Source of the DNA: Nannocystis sp. RBIL2
GTDB lineage: Bacteria > Myxococcota_A > Polyangia > Nannocystales > Nannocystaceae
Length of the DNA stretch: 64,000 bases
Direction: 5' to 3'
NCBI RefSeq assembly: GCF_026626745.1
Contig: NZ_JAPNJW010000001.1
Span: forward strand, 716,311-780,310
Under the pieces are notes generated by a model. The model saw only the letters and a program-made list of their open reading frames with translations. It was not told the origin of the DNA and did not search any database. Made by a program: the position numbers and the translations under genes. Positions 50,837 through 60,489 of this stretch are shown in pieces; position 1 is the stretch's first letter; each line of letters begins with the position of its first letter.

Positions 50837-52318
50837 ATGTCCAAGAGCGCACCCGTCAAGAAGACCACCAGCAAGATCTGGGACAAGGTCAAGGACGTCG
50901 TCGACCCCGACCGCGCCCTCCAGGCCACCGTCGCCGCCGCCATCGAGGGCGTCGCCGTCCGCAACGTCCTCGGCATGGCGCCCGAGACGTGGAAGCCGGG
51001 CAAGCCGCTCAAGCTGCTGCTGGCCGGCTACGTCGGCACGCGCAACACCGGCGCCGACGTCCGCGTCGAGGAGATGATCCGCCAGCTGCGCCACGTCGTC
51101 GGCGACGACCAGCTCGAGCTGACGATCATGACCGTCGATCCCAAGTTGACGCGCGGCTACTTCCGCGCCGTCCACCAGATCGAGCTGCCGGCGGTGTTCC
51201 CCAAGTTCATCGCCACCGAGTGCCCGAAGCACCACGGCGTCATCGCTTGCGAGGGCTCGATGTTCAAGTCGAAGTTCTCGAGCGCGCTGACCTGCTTCAT
51301 GGCCGGCGCCCTCGGGCTCGCCAACGCCGAGAACAAGGTCAGCGTCGGCTACGGCGCCGAGGCCGGCAACATGACCCCGGCGCTCCGCGACTTCGTGCGC
51401 GACGCCTGCAAGAAGTCGCTCGTCATCTGCCGCAACGAGCCCTCGCGCAAGGTCCTCGGCGAGCTCGGCATCCGCACCACCTCTGGGGCCGACACCGCCT
51501 GGACCTTCGACCCCGCTCCGCTGTCCAGGGGCGCCCAGCTGCTGCGCGACGCCGGCTGGGACGGCCGCCAGAAGGTCCTCGTCGTCTGCCCGATCAACCC
51601 GTTCTGGTGGCCGGTCAAGCCCGACCTGCTCAAGTACGCCGCCTACAAGCTCGGCGGGCAGTACAAGCACGAGCACTACAGCGCCTTCTACTTCCACCAC
51701 CACAGCGAAGCGTCCGACAAGAAGTACAACGCGTACATCCAGGCCCTGGCCGACGGTGTCAACGCGTTCGCCGCGGAGCGCGAGTTCTTCACCATCCTCG
51801 TCGGCATGGAGCAGCTCGACCGCCACGCCTGCGAGGACCTGCAGCCGCGCCTCGATCGCGGCGGCGCGCTGTTCGTCAGCGACGAGCACGACATGTACGA
51901 CCTCGTCAGCGTGCTGCGTAACTGCAGCATGATGATTAGTTCGCGCTTCCACGCGATCGTCACCTCGATGCCCGGCCTCGTGCCCTCCGCCGGCGTCACC
52001 ATGGACGAGCGGATCCGCAACCTCATGAACGATCGCGGCCACCCGGACATGTTCTTCGAGGTCGACGAGGAGGGCCTCGGCGACAAGCTGCTGCACACCC
52101 TGCGCCGCCTGTGGCGCGACGCCGAGGGCATCAGCGCCGACATCGCCCGCGCCGTCCCGGCCCAGCTGAAGCTCATGGGTCAGATGGGCATCGACTTCAT
52201 GGACGAGGTCGTCCGCGTCTACCCCGAGTTCCCGCGCCGCGACCTCCCGCGCACCTGGGAAGCCCACCTGCCGCCGCTGCCCGCCAACGTGCAGCGCCTG
52301 CTGGAGCGCCACGCATGA
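50837..52318 (+). CDS. polysaccharide pyruvyl transferase family protein
   Basis: 493 aa with PS_pyruv_trans-type motifs (GYVGTRNTGAD ... ISSRFHAIV). Confidence 0.7.
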   Translation: MSKSAPVKKTTSKIWDKVKDVVDPDRALQATVAAAIEGVAVRNVLGMAPETWKPGKPLKLLLAGYVGTRNTGADVRVEEMIRQLRHVVGDDQLELTIMTVDPKLTRGYFRAVHQIELPAVFPKFIATECPKHHGVIACEGSMFKSKFSSALTCFMAGALGLANAENKVSVGYGAEAGNMTPALRDFVRDACKKSLVICRNEPSRKVLGELGIRTTSGADTAWTFDPAPLSRGAQLLRDAGWDGRQKVLVVCPINPFWWPVKPDLLKYAAYKLGGQYKHEHYSAFYFHHHSEASDKKYNAYIQALADGVNAFAAEREFFTILVGMEQLDRHACEDLQPRLDRGGALFVSDEHDMYDLVSVLRNCSMMISSRFHAIVTSMPGLVPSAGVTMDERIRNLMNDRGHPDMFFEVDEEGLGDKLLHTLRRLWRDAEGISADIARAVPAQLKLMGQMGIDFMDEVVRVYPEFPRRDLPRTWEAHLPPLPANVQRLLERHA

Positions 52319-53949
52319 GCGACAACTTCCTCGAAGTCATCCACGCGGCGGTCCAGAAGACCCGCGAGGATCAGCTCCTCATCGAGCTCCACGGCAAGGA
52401 GCGCCGGCCGACCTCGGCCGCGCAGCTGCTGCACCTCGTGGCCCACGCGCGCGGCTTCCTGCGCAGCCGCGGCGTCAAGCCGGGCGACCGCGTCGCCCTG
52501 CTCGCGCCCAACTCGGCCCGCTGGGTCGCCGCCGACCTCGCCATCCTGTTCGAGGGCGCGATCGTCGTCCCGCTCTACAGCCGCCAGGATCCGAAGGAGC
52601 TGGCGGTCATGGTCCGCGACTGCGGCCCGGTGCTCGTCATCGCCGACGGCCCCGAGCTCGCCGCCGGCCTGCGCAATGCGTGGCCCGAGCACTGCCCGAT
52701 CGAGGACATGCTCGACGTCCTCGCCGGCGAGCCCGTGCACGAGCCGCCGCGCCCGGTCGCGCCGACCGACCCGGTCACCATCATCTACACCTCCGGCACC
52801 AGCGGCGAGCCCAAGGGCGTCGTCCTCACCCGCGCCAACGTCGACTACATGCTGCCGCAGACCCGCGGCAGCGTCGACCGCATCACCGGCGGCAAGCGGG
52901 CCGACAAGGTGTTCCACTTCCTGCCGTTCTGCTTCGCCGGCTCGCGCGTCATGCTGTGGACGCAGCTGTACCGCGGCAACCCGCTGCTGCTGTCGACCGA
53001 CCTGCAGAACCTCGTCGCCGAGATGGGCGCCGCCGACCCGCACTACTACCTCAACGTGCCGGCGGTGCTCGAGCGGATCAAGAACGGCGTCGGCAAGAAG
53101 ATCGGCGAGCGCGGCGGCATCGCCCTCGCCCTCTACCACCGCGGCCAGGCCGCCTTCCGCGCCGTGCGCGAGGGCAAGGCTGGCCTTTTGGACAGGCTCA
53201 CTCTGGCCGCCGCCAAGAAGCTGGTCTTCAGCAAGATCAAGCAGCAGATCGGCCCCAGCCTCGAGTTCCTGATCTGCGGCTCGGCGGCGCTGGCCGAGGA
53301 GACGCAGTGGTGGTTCGAGCTGGTCGGCGTGCAGGTCTACCAGGTCTACGGCCTGACCGAGACCACCGCGATCGTCACCATGGACATCCCCGGCGGCGTG
53401 CGCCCCGGCTACGTCGGCCACGCGATCCAGGGCTGCGAGATCAAGATCTCCGACGAGGGTGAGCTGCTGGTGCGCGGCCCGGGCATCTTCGCCGGCTACT
53501 GGGGCCGCGAGCAGGCCACCGCCGAGGCGATCAAGGACGGCTGGTTCCACACCGGCGACCAGGGCGACCTCGACGCCACCGGCAACGTCCGCATCATCGG
53601 CCGCGTCAAGAACATCCTCGTCCCCGAGTCGGGCCACAACATCGCCCCTGAGCCGATCGAGGAGAAGTTCTTGGCCGCCTGCCCCAAGGCCGAGCAGTGC
53701 ATGCTGGTCGGCCACGCGCGGCCGTTCCTCGGCATCATCGTCCCCGGCGACGTGCCCAAGGACGCCATCGACGCCGCGCTCGAGATCGTCAACGCCAGCG
53801 TCCCGCACTACAAGAAGGTCCGCGCCTTCATCCGCGTCGCCGAGCCGTTCACGATCGAGAACGGCCTCCTCACCGCCAACCAGAAGCTGCGCCGCCGCGC
53901 CGTCGAGCAGCGCTACCGCGCCGAGATCGACAAGGCCTACGCGTCATGA
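52315..53949 (+). CDS. AMP-dependent synthetase/ligase (long-chain fatty-acid-CoA ligase-like)
   Basis: AMP-binding motifs (IIYTSGTSGEPKGV, YGLTET, GWFHTGDQG, RVKNIL). Both its start and its end form ATGA overlaps with the neighbouring genes. Confidence 0.8.
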   Translation: MSDNFLEVIHAAVQKTREDQLLIELHGKERRPTSAAQLLHLVAHARGFLRSRGVKPGDRVALLAPNSARWVAADLAILFEGAIVVPLYSRQDPKELAVMVRDCGPVLVIADGPELAAGLRNAWPEHCPIEDMLDVLAGEPVHEPPRPVAPTDPVTIIYTSGTSGEPKGVVLTRANVDYMLPQTRGSVDRITGGKRADKVFHFLPFCFAGSRVMLWTQLYRGNPLLLSTDLQNLVAEMGAADPHYYLNVPAVLERIKNGVGKKIGERGGIALALYHRGQAAFRAVREGKAGLLDRLTLAAAKKLVFSKIKQQIGPSLEFLICGSAALAEETQWWFELVGVQVYQVYGLTETTAIVTMDIPGGVRPGYVGHAIQGCEIKISDEGELLVRGPGIFAGYWGREQATAEAIKDGWFHTGDQGDLDATGNVRIIGRVKNILVPESGHNIAPEPIEEKFLAACPKAEQCMLVGHARPFLGIIVPGDVPKDAIDAALEIVNASVPHYKKVRAFIRVAEPFTIENGLLTANQKLRRRAVEQRYRAEIDKAYAS

Positions 53950-54719
53950 TCGACTGGACCTACAGCGAAGGCGTGTACGAGCTGACCCTCGCCACGCCGC
54001 CGTGCAACGAGATCGGCACGGCCATGCTCGCCGATCTGCGCCGCTTCCTCGACCAGATCGATCGTGACGCGCACACCCTGATCCTGCGCAGCGGCCTGCG
54101 CCAGGGCTTCTGCGCCGGCGCCGACCTGCGCGAGCTCTACCGCGGCCTGAGCGACGCGCCGAAGGATCAGCACGGGCCGCAGATCCGCCAGTTCATCGAC
54201 GCCATCCACGGCGTCATGGACGACCTCGACATGCTGCCGCTGACCACCGTCGGCGTCGTCCACGGCGTCTGCTTCGGCGGCGGCTTCGAGCTCGCCCTCA
54301 CCTGCGACGTCCTGATCGCCGAGAAGACCGCGCGCTTCTGCTTCCCCGAGCTGCGCCTCGGCATCATCCCCGGCTTCGGCGGCATCCCGCGGCTGCGCCG
54401 CGACGTCGGCAACGGCCTCATCCGCGACCTCCTGCTCAGCGGCCGCAGCATCAACGCCAAGAAGGCGCTGGCGGCCGGCCTCGTCAGCCAGGTCCTCGCC
54501 AGCGGCGAAGGCATCACCGCCGCGCGCGCGCTCGCGGCCCAGACCGCCAAGTTCGACAAGACCGCGCGCGAGGCCGCCAAGGCCTTCATCAAGAAGCTCC
54601 CGAAGGACGAGCTGCTCGCCGAGCGCGAGCTGTTCGTCCGCCTCGCCGAGGGCCCGGCGCTGCTGGCCGCCCTCAAGCGCTTCGTCGAGTCCACCGACCT
54701 GAGACCGTACCTGCCATGA
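53946..54719 (+). CDS. enoyl-CoA hydratase/isomerase (crotonase fold)
   Basis: 257 aa with oxyanion-hole segments (GFCAGADL, VHGVCFGGGFELAL). Confidence 0.8.
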   Translation: MIDWTYSEGVYELTLATPPCNEIGTAMLADLRRFLDQIDRDAHTLILRSGLRQGFCAGADLRELYRGLSDAPKDQHGPQIRQFIDAIHGVMDDLDMLPLTTVGVVHGVCFGGGFELALTCDVLIAEKTARFCFPELRLGIIPGFGGIPRLRRDVGNGLIRDLLLSGRSINAKKALAAGLVSQVLASGEGITAARALAAQTAKFDKTAREAAKAFIKKLPKDELLAERELFVRLAEGPALLAALKRFVESTDLRPYLP

Positions 54720-54949
54720 GCACCTCCCTCGACACCCTCATCCGTCTCGCCGCCAAGCGCTTCGGCGCCGACCCGGCCCAGCTCCGCGCCGAGGACGACC
54801 TGTTCGAGCGCCTCGGCATCGACAGCTTCCAGGCCGTCGAGCTCATCTCGGACGTCGAGGACGAGTTCGACGTCGAGCTGCCCGACTACGAGCTCCAGGG
54901 GATCAAGACCTTCGCCGCCCTGGCGCAGAAGATCGACGCGAGGCGCTAG
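54716..54949 (+). CDS. acyl carrier protein
   Basis: 77 aa with the phosphopantetheine-attachment Ser in LGIDSFQAVEL. Confidence 0.8.
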   Translation: MSTSLDTLIRLAAKRFGADPAQLRAEDDLFERLGIDSFQAVELISDVEDEFDVELPDYELQGIKTFAALAQKIDARR

Positions 54950-56665
54950 ATGCTCGACCTGGGAAAGCTGTCCTGCCTCGGCGAGGCGCTGCGTGACGCC
55001 ACCATCACGTACAAGAGCCGGACCGCGCTGATCGAGGCCGATCGCCACCGCGAGAACTCGCGGCACACCTTCGCCGAGCTGCGGGCCGCGGCCGAGCGGT
55101 TCGCCGGCGCCGTCCAGGCCCACGGCTTCGGCCCCGGCGATCGCTGCGCGATCGTCATGCAGAACCAGTCGAAGTGGTTGATCGGCGCCACCGGGGCGCT
55201 GTGGGCCGGCGCCGTGCTGGTCCCGATCGACTACAAGCTGACCGCGCCCGAGCAGCACGCCCTGCTCGCCCACTGCCGCCCGCGCGTCGTCCTCGCCGAA
55301 TGGCCGGCGTGGGACAAGCTGCAGCGCGAAGATCCCTCGATCTTCGAGCGCACCCTCGTCATCGTCACCGAGGCCCCCGAGGGCGCCGGCATCGGCCGCG
55401 CCGTGCGCTGGGAGGACCTGCCCCAAGGAGCAGGTTTCACCTACCACGCCCGCGCCCGCGAGGACGTCGCCTGCATCGTCTACTCCTCGGGCACCGGCGG
55501 CGCCGCCAAAGGCTGCCAGCTCACCCACGCCAACTACCTCGCCCAGGCCGAGACCCTCGGCAACCTCTACCCGCTGAGCGAGGGCGATCGTTACTTCTCG
55601 ATCCTCCCGACCAACCACGCCATCGACTTCATGTGCGGCTTCTTGCTCGCGCTGATGATGGGCGGCGCGGTCGTCCACCAGCGCACCCTGCGGCCGGCCT
55701 ACCTGGCCAGCACCATGAAGCGCTACGGCATCACCCACATGGCGCTGGTGCCCACGATCCTCAAGACCCTCGAGAAGAAGATCAAAGAGAAGATCGCCGA
55801 GCTACCGAAGTGGCAGCGGCTCGTGCTAGGCGGCCTGATGGACCTCAACGAGTACGCCACCCGCCAGGCGCCCGACCACCGGCTCAGCAAGACCCTGCTC
55901 GCCCCGATCCACGAGTACTTCGGCGGCAAGCTGCGGCTCATGTTCTGCGGCGGCGCCTTCGTCGACCGCACGAGCGCCGAGTACTTCAACCGCCTCGGCC
56001 TGCCGGTCGCCATCGGCTACGGCCTCACCGAGGCCGGCACCGTCCTCACCGTCAACGACCTCAAGCCGTTCCGCGGCGACAGCGTCGGCAAGGCGGTCGA
56101 GGGCACCGAGCTCGAGCTGCGCGACGTCAACGACGCCGGCGTCGGCGAGGTGTGGGTGCGCGGGCCCACCGTCATGCTCGGCTACCTCGACGCGCCCGAG
56201 CTGACCCGCGAGGCGATCGTCGACGGCTGGCTGCGCACCGGCGACCTCGGCAGCATCGACGCCGCCGGGCACCTCAAGCTGTTCGGTCGCACCAAGAACA
56301 TGATCGTCACCGAGGGCGGCAAGAACGTCTACCCCGAGGACATCGAGGCCGCCTTCGGCGACATCGACGACTGCGAGGAGTTCTGCGTGTTCGCGGCCAA
56401 CTTCATCTGGCCGACCGGCAAGATGACCGACGAGCAGCTCATCGTCGTCGTGCGGCCCAAGTCGGGCCTCGACGAGGCCGGCCGCGCCGCCCTCATCGAC
56501 GCCTTCCGCAGGCGCAACCTCCGGCTCGCCGACTACAAGCGGATCTCCGCCTACGTGCTGTGGGACCGCGAATTCCCGCGCACCGCCTCGCAGAAGATCA
56601 AGCGCGACCCGCTCGCCCGCGAGCTCAAGCCGCTCGGCCGCGACGGCGCCCTGCGGGAGCTGTGA
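54950..56665 (+). CDS. AMP-dependent synthetase/ligase (acyl-CoA or acyl-ACP synthetase-like)
   Basis: 571 aa with AMP-binding motifs (IVYSSGTGGAAKG, YGLTEAG, GWLRTGDLG, RTKNMI). Confidence 0.8.
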   Translation: MLDLGKLSCLGEALRDATITYKSRTALIEADRHRENSRHTFAELRAAAERFAGAVQAHGFGPGDRCAIVMQNQSKWLIGATGALWAGAVLVPIDYKLTAPEQHALLAHCRPRVVLAEWPAWDKLQREDPSIFERTLVIVTEAPEGAGIGRAVRWEDLPQGAGFTYHARAREDVACIVYSSGTGGAAKGCQLTHANYLAQAETLGNLYPLSEGDRYFSILPTNHAIDFMCGFLLALMMGGAVVHQRTLRPAYLASTMKRYGITHMALVPTILKTLEKKIKEKIAELPKWQRLVLGGLMDLNEYATRQAPDHRLSKTLLAPIHEYFGGKLRLMFCGGAFVDRTSAEYFNRLGLPVAIGYGLTEAGTVLTVNDLKPFRGDSVGKAVEGTELELRDVNDAGVGEVWVRGPTVMLGYLDAPELTREAIVDGWLRTGDLGSIDAAGHLKLFGRTKNMIVTEGGKNVYPEDIEAAFGDIDDCEEFCVFAANFIWPTGKMTDEQLIVVVRPKSGLDEAGRAALIDAFRRRNLRLADYKRISAYVLWDREFPRTASQKIKRDPLARELKPLGRDGALREL

Positions 56666-56742
56666 ACCGCCGCGGCCCCACCGCCCCCGCTCCGCGGCCA
56701 TCCGCCCCTCCACGGCCCTTCGGGGCCTGATAGCATGCCCGC

Positions 56743-57651
56743 ATGCAAGATCCGGCCACCCTCCTCGCAGTCGTCAACCCAGCCGCCGGCGGCGGCGTGT
56801 GCGGCAAGCGGGCGCCCGCGGTCGTCGACCGGCTGCGGCAGTCGGGCATCAAAGTCGACGTCGTCGAGACGCGCGCCGCCGGTCAGGCCACCGAGCTCGC
56901 GCGCGAGGCCGTCGCGGCCGGCCGGCGCCACTTCATCGCCGTCGGCGGCGACGGCACCAGCTACGAGCTGATCAACGGCATCTTCTCCGGCGCGCTGCCG
57001 GAGGGCGAGCGCCCGTCGCTCGGCATGCTGCCCCTCGGGACAGGTAACTCCTTCCTGCGCGACTTCACCGATCAGGGGGCCGAGTACGCGATCGAGGCGA
57101 TCATCGCCGGCAAGACCCGGCCGTGCGACCTCGTCCGTTGCACGCACACCCGCGGCGTCCTGCACTTCATCAACATCTTCAGCATCGGCTTTGTCGCCGA
57201 CGTCGGCGCCACCCGCAACCGCAACTTCTCGGCGCTGGGCGAGTTCGGCTACACGCTGAGCACCGTGCTGCGGGTGGCCGCGCTGCGGCCCTACACCTTC
57301 CCGATGCAGATCGACGGTCACCCCGAGGACCGCGAGCCGCTGACCTTCCTCTCGTTCAACAACAGCCGCTTCACCGGCGGCAAGATGATGATGGCGCCCG
57401 ACGCCAACACGCGCGACGGCCTGCTCGACATCATCCGGGTCGGTCGCCTCGGCCGCGTCGGCCTGCTGCGCACCTTCCCCAAGATCTTCAGCGGCACGCA
57501 CGTGCAGCACCCGGCCGTGCGCTGCTACCAGGCCCCCGGCCTCGACCTCCGCCTCGCCGAGGACATCGACGTCATGGTCGACGGCGAGATGATCAAGATA
57601 AACCCGCGCCGGCTGGAGGTCGTCCCCGGCGCGCTCGACGTCCGGACGTGA
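56743..57651 (+). CDS. diacylglycerol-kinase-catalytic-domain lipid kinase (YegS/BmrU-like)
   Basis: 302 aa with the DAGK_cat signature (VGGDGTSYELINGI ... LPLGTGNSF). Confidence 0.75.
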   Translation: MQDPATLLAVVNPAAGGGVCGKRAPAVVDRLRQSGIKVDVVETRAAGQATELAREAVAAGRRHFIAVGGDGTSYELINGIFSGALPEGERPSLGMLPLGTGNSFLRDFTDQGAEYAIEAIIAGKTRPCDLVRCTHTRGVLHFINIFSIGFVADVGATRNRNFSALGEFGYTLSTVLRVAALRPYTFPMQIDGHPEDREPLTFLSFNNSRFTGGKMMMAPDANTRDGLLDIIRVGRLGRVGLLRTFPKIFSGTHVQHPAVRCYQAPGLDLRLAEDIDVMVDGEMIKINPRRLEVVPGALDVRT

Positions 57652-57655
57652 TGTA

Positions 57656-58450
57656 ATGGTGTTCAAGATCCTCAAGAAGGCAGCTCAGGTCGTCTACTCG
57701 GCCGCGGTGTGGACCGTCTCGTTCGCGTGGATGGGCGCCGTCGCCGTCACGTGGGCCGCGGTGTCGACGGTGGTCCCGTCGCGCAAGACCCACAACTACA
57801 TCGGCGGGCCCGGCATGGGCGCGGTCCTCAAGATCACCCTGTCGCAGGTCGAGGTCATCTACGACCCCGACTTCGACCCCGAGCGGCGCGGCGTGTTCAT
57901 GATGAATCACGTCAACCTGCTCGACGCGCACGCCGCCTGCGCCTCGATCCCGCACGCCTTCTGCGGCCTGATGAACGCCTGGCAGTTCAAGATCCCGATG
58001 TACGGCTGGATCATGAAGCTGGCCGACGGCATCCCGGTGCCGGACGGCAAGAACCGCTACCGCGCCATCGCCGAGGCCGCGCGCGACCGGGCCAAGAAGG
58101 GCATCTCGATCCTCGCCTTCCCGGAGGCCCACCGCACGCTCGACGGCAAGGTCGCCGAGTTCAAGCGCGGCGTGTTCTGGATGGCCCGCATCGCCGGCCT
58201 CCCGGTCATTCCGCTGGCCACGCACGGCATGTACGATCTGATGCACAAGGGCTCGTACCTGCTCACCCCGACCAAGATCACGATCTATGTCGGCGCCCCG
58301 ATCGAGACGAAGGGCCTGTCCGACGCCGAGCTGGCGGAGGTCATGGAGCGCGCCCACAAGATCATCGCCGACTTCGCGGAGCGCGGCATCGTGCCCGGCC
58401 GCGCCGCGCCGATCCCCTCCGACGCCACGCCGATCGCCTCCGGCGCCTGA
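57656..58450 (+). CDS. 1-acyl-sn-glycerol-3-phosphate acyltransferase (PlsC/AGPAT family)
   Basis: N-terminal TM segment; HX4D motif (NHVNLLD) and FPEAHRT motif. Confidence 0.8.
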   Translation: MVFKILKKAAQVVYSAAVWTVSFAWMGAVAVTWAAVSTVVPSRKTHNYIGGPGMGAVLKITLSQVEVIYDPDFDPERRGVFMMNHVNLLDAHAACASIPHAFCGLMNAWQFKIPMYGWIMKLADGIPVPDGKNRYRAIAEAARDRAKKGISILAFPEAHRTLDGKVAEFKRGVFWMARIAGLPVIPLATHGMYDLMHKGSYLLTPTKITIYVGAPIETKGLSDAELAEVMERAHKIIADFAERGIVPGRAAPIPSDATPIASGA

Positions 58451-58526
58451 TCGCCCGGGTCGGCGATCGGTGTCGGGTGAATCCTCCGTCTGCAAGTCGC
58501 GGCGGCGGAGATGTGGGACCCGGGTC

Positions 58527-58571
58527 ATCGCGGCAGTGTGACGGCCATCGCCCGCGTCACACTGCCGCGAT
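58527..58571 (+). terminator. strong hairpin with 17-nt perfect stems (ATCGCGGCAGTGTGACG - loop 11 - CGTCACACTGCCGCGAT) followed by a T-rich tract, downstream of the lipid operon
   Basis: Read directly from the sequence. Confidence 0.55.
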
Positions 58572-58779
58572 TTCCTTTCGAGTTCCGGCCACGCGCGCGA
58601 TGCCGCCGCGTGGCATTGCTCGTTCCCGTCCCGGGTGTGTGTGACGGACGTACGAACCGTGGAGCCATCGAACGGGCCGCACACGGAGACGGCTGGGTTC
58701 GCCCGTCCGCAAGGATTTCGGTCACCTTGCGCGTCCGAAGGACCTCGATCATGCCGAGAGGTCAGGAGAAGATGGGACC

Positions 58780-59799
58780 ATGACTCGAGGGATTTGGCTG
58801 GCACTGGTCGGTTCGGTTGTGGCCTGTGATGTCGTCGATAACGACGTTCAAACGGCGGTTACGCTGCGAAGCGACGTCGGTAACGGACTCGAGTTGAACT
58901 CCGCCGTGATGAACGGTCAGCAGTTCAACGGCATGCGCATGAACGGGATCAACCTCAACGGCATGCGCATGAACGGTTGGACCATCAACGGGATCAACCT
59001 CAACGGTATCAACCTCAACGGCAGCAGCTTCTCCGCCACCATGGTGGTCGACGGCACTCCGGTTCAGGTGAGCGGCGACGACCTCATCGGCTCGCTGCTC
59101 AGCCTCGAGGCCGGCACCGACACCTACGTCCTGCGCTTCGACGACATCTTCCTCGACCCGGCCGACCCGACCGGCGACGTGTGGTTCTACGACATCGCGG
59201 TGCAGGACGTGGGGGCCGGCACCTGGTCCAGCCTCTGCTACGACCACAACGGCCAGCCGACCCAGGCGATCGCCATCGGCAACTGGTGGGACGGCGTCAC
59301 CGGCGACCGCAACGACGACGCCAGCGTCGTCACCTTCGCCTGCCGCGACGCCGTGCTGGCCAAGTGCGTCGAGTGGGGTTATCGCCCGTGGGCCACCGTC
59401 GGCGGCGTCTCGCTCGCCGATCACCACCAGGCGTGCACCCGGCTGGCCCGCGCCGACTACTGCGGCGACGGCACCCCCCACACCTTCAACGGCACGCCGA
59501 TCGACGTGTTCGACGGGCTCAGCCCGGCGATCCAGGGCCCGGCCACGCTGACCATGCAGAACTGGGGCATCGAGGCCGAGTGGGGCCCGGACGGCGCCGT
59601 CTGTGTCGGCGACCAGCGGCGCCTCAAGATGCTCGACGACGCCGGCGTCCCCTACGAGTTCCCGACCTGCCTCGACGCCATCGACGACATCAGCACCTGC
59701 GGCGACTTCGACAGCGGCCGCGGCGGCCTTTTGGCCGATCGCTACTGCGACAAGTGGCAGTCCGACCCGGGCTCCTGCGACGGCTCCCAGCCCGAGTGA
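58780..59799 (+). CDS. ADYC-domain lipoprotein with N-terminal NG(I/M)(N/R)(L/M)NG repeats
   Basis: Lipobox (LALVGSVVACD), tandem NGMRMNGINLNG repeats, and the eponymous ADYCGDG motif. Confidence 0.6.
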   Translation: MTRGIWLALVGSVVACDVVDNDVQTAVTLRSDVGNGLELNSAVMNGQQFNGMRMNGINLNGMRMNGWTINGINLNGINLNGSSFSATMVVDGTPVQVSGDDLIGSLLSLEAGTDTYVLRFDDIFLDPADPTGDVWFYDIAVQDVGAGTWSSLCYDHNGQPTQAIAIGNWWDGVTGDRNDDASVVTFACRDAVLAKCVEWGYRPWATVGGVSLADHHQACTRLARADYCGDGTPHTFNGTPIDVFDGLSPAIQGPATLTMQNWGIEAEWGPDGAVCVGDQRRLKMLDDAGVPYEFPTCLDAIDDISTCGDFDSGRGGLLADRYCDKWQSDPGSCDGSQPE

Positions 59800-59871
59800 G
59801 ACGCACGCCTCCGGGAACCTGGCCATTCGGCCAGGTTCCCCGCCTGACCGCCTCCCGTGGTATGGAGGCGC

Positions 59872-60312
59872 ATGAGCTGGATCCGGATCGGTGACACCAC
59901 CTGGACCTTTCGCAACGCCTCGCTCGAGCTCTACCATTGCGAGGGCCCCGAGGCCGACTGGAACCTCGCGCTGGACCACGCCGGCGCGACGCTGTGGCTG
60001 GCCGGCACCGTCGTCCCCGGGCCGCGCTCGCCCGAGGCGCTGATCGGCGCCGAGGTCTCGGTCGACCTGCGCTCGCTCGACGAGGTCGCCGGCGCCCTGC
60101 TCGGCCGCGCCGTCACCCTCTTCCCGCACGGCCAGGACGTGAATGCGCTCGGCTTTCGCCTGGCCGCCTCGCCCGGCGGAGTGCGCCTGGCCGCCTCTGC
60201 CCGCTGCGACTGGGACCGCTACCTCGGCACCTTCGACCACGGCCAGCCGGTCGACCTCGAGCTCGACATCGACGCCGCCGTCGTCGCGCTGCACCCCGGA
60301 AACATGCCCTGA
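59872..60312 (+). CDS. hypothetical protein
   Basis: 146-aa ORF with good third-position GC; no recognisable domain. Confidence 0.3.
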   Translation: MSWIRIGDTTWTFRNASLELYHCEGPEADWNLALDHAGATLWLAGTVVPGPRSPEALIGAEVSVDLRSLDEVAGALLGRAVTLFPHGQDVNALGFRLAASPGGVRLAASARCDWDRYLGTFDHGQPVDLELDIDAAVVALHPGNMP

Positions 60313-60375
60313 GGGGCATGCTCGATCGCGCAGGTCTTGTTCGACATGTCCTCTCGGACATGTGCTTTGCGACAG
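60301..60375. repeat. CATG-core units and palindromes (CATGCCC-TGAG-GGGCATG; TTCGACATGTCCTCTCGGACATGTGC)
   Basis: Read directly from the sequence. Confidence 0.8.
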
Positions 60376-60489
60376 CGCTGCGGTGAGGCCGCCCGGGGTC
60401 TGCCGGCGGCACGGGCGGGCACGCGCTGCCCGGCTGCGGGTTGACGCCCCGCCCCGCCCCGTCGAAGATGCCGCGTGGAGGGCGGGCCG

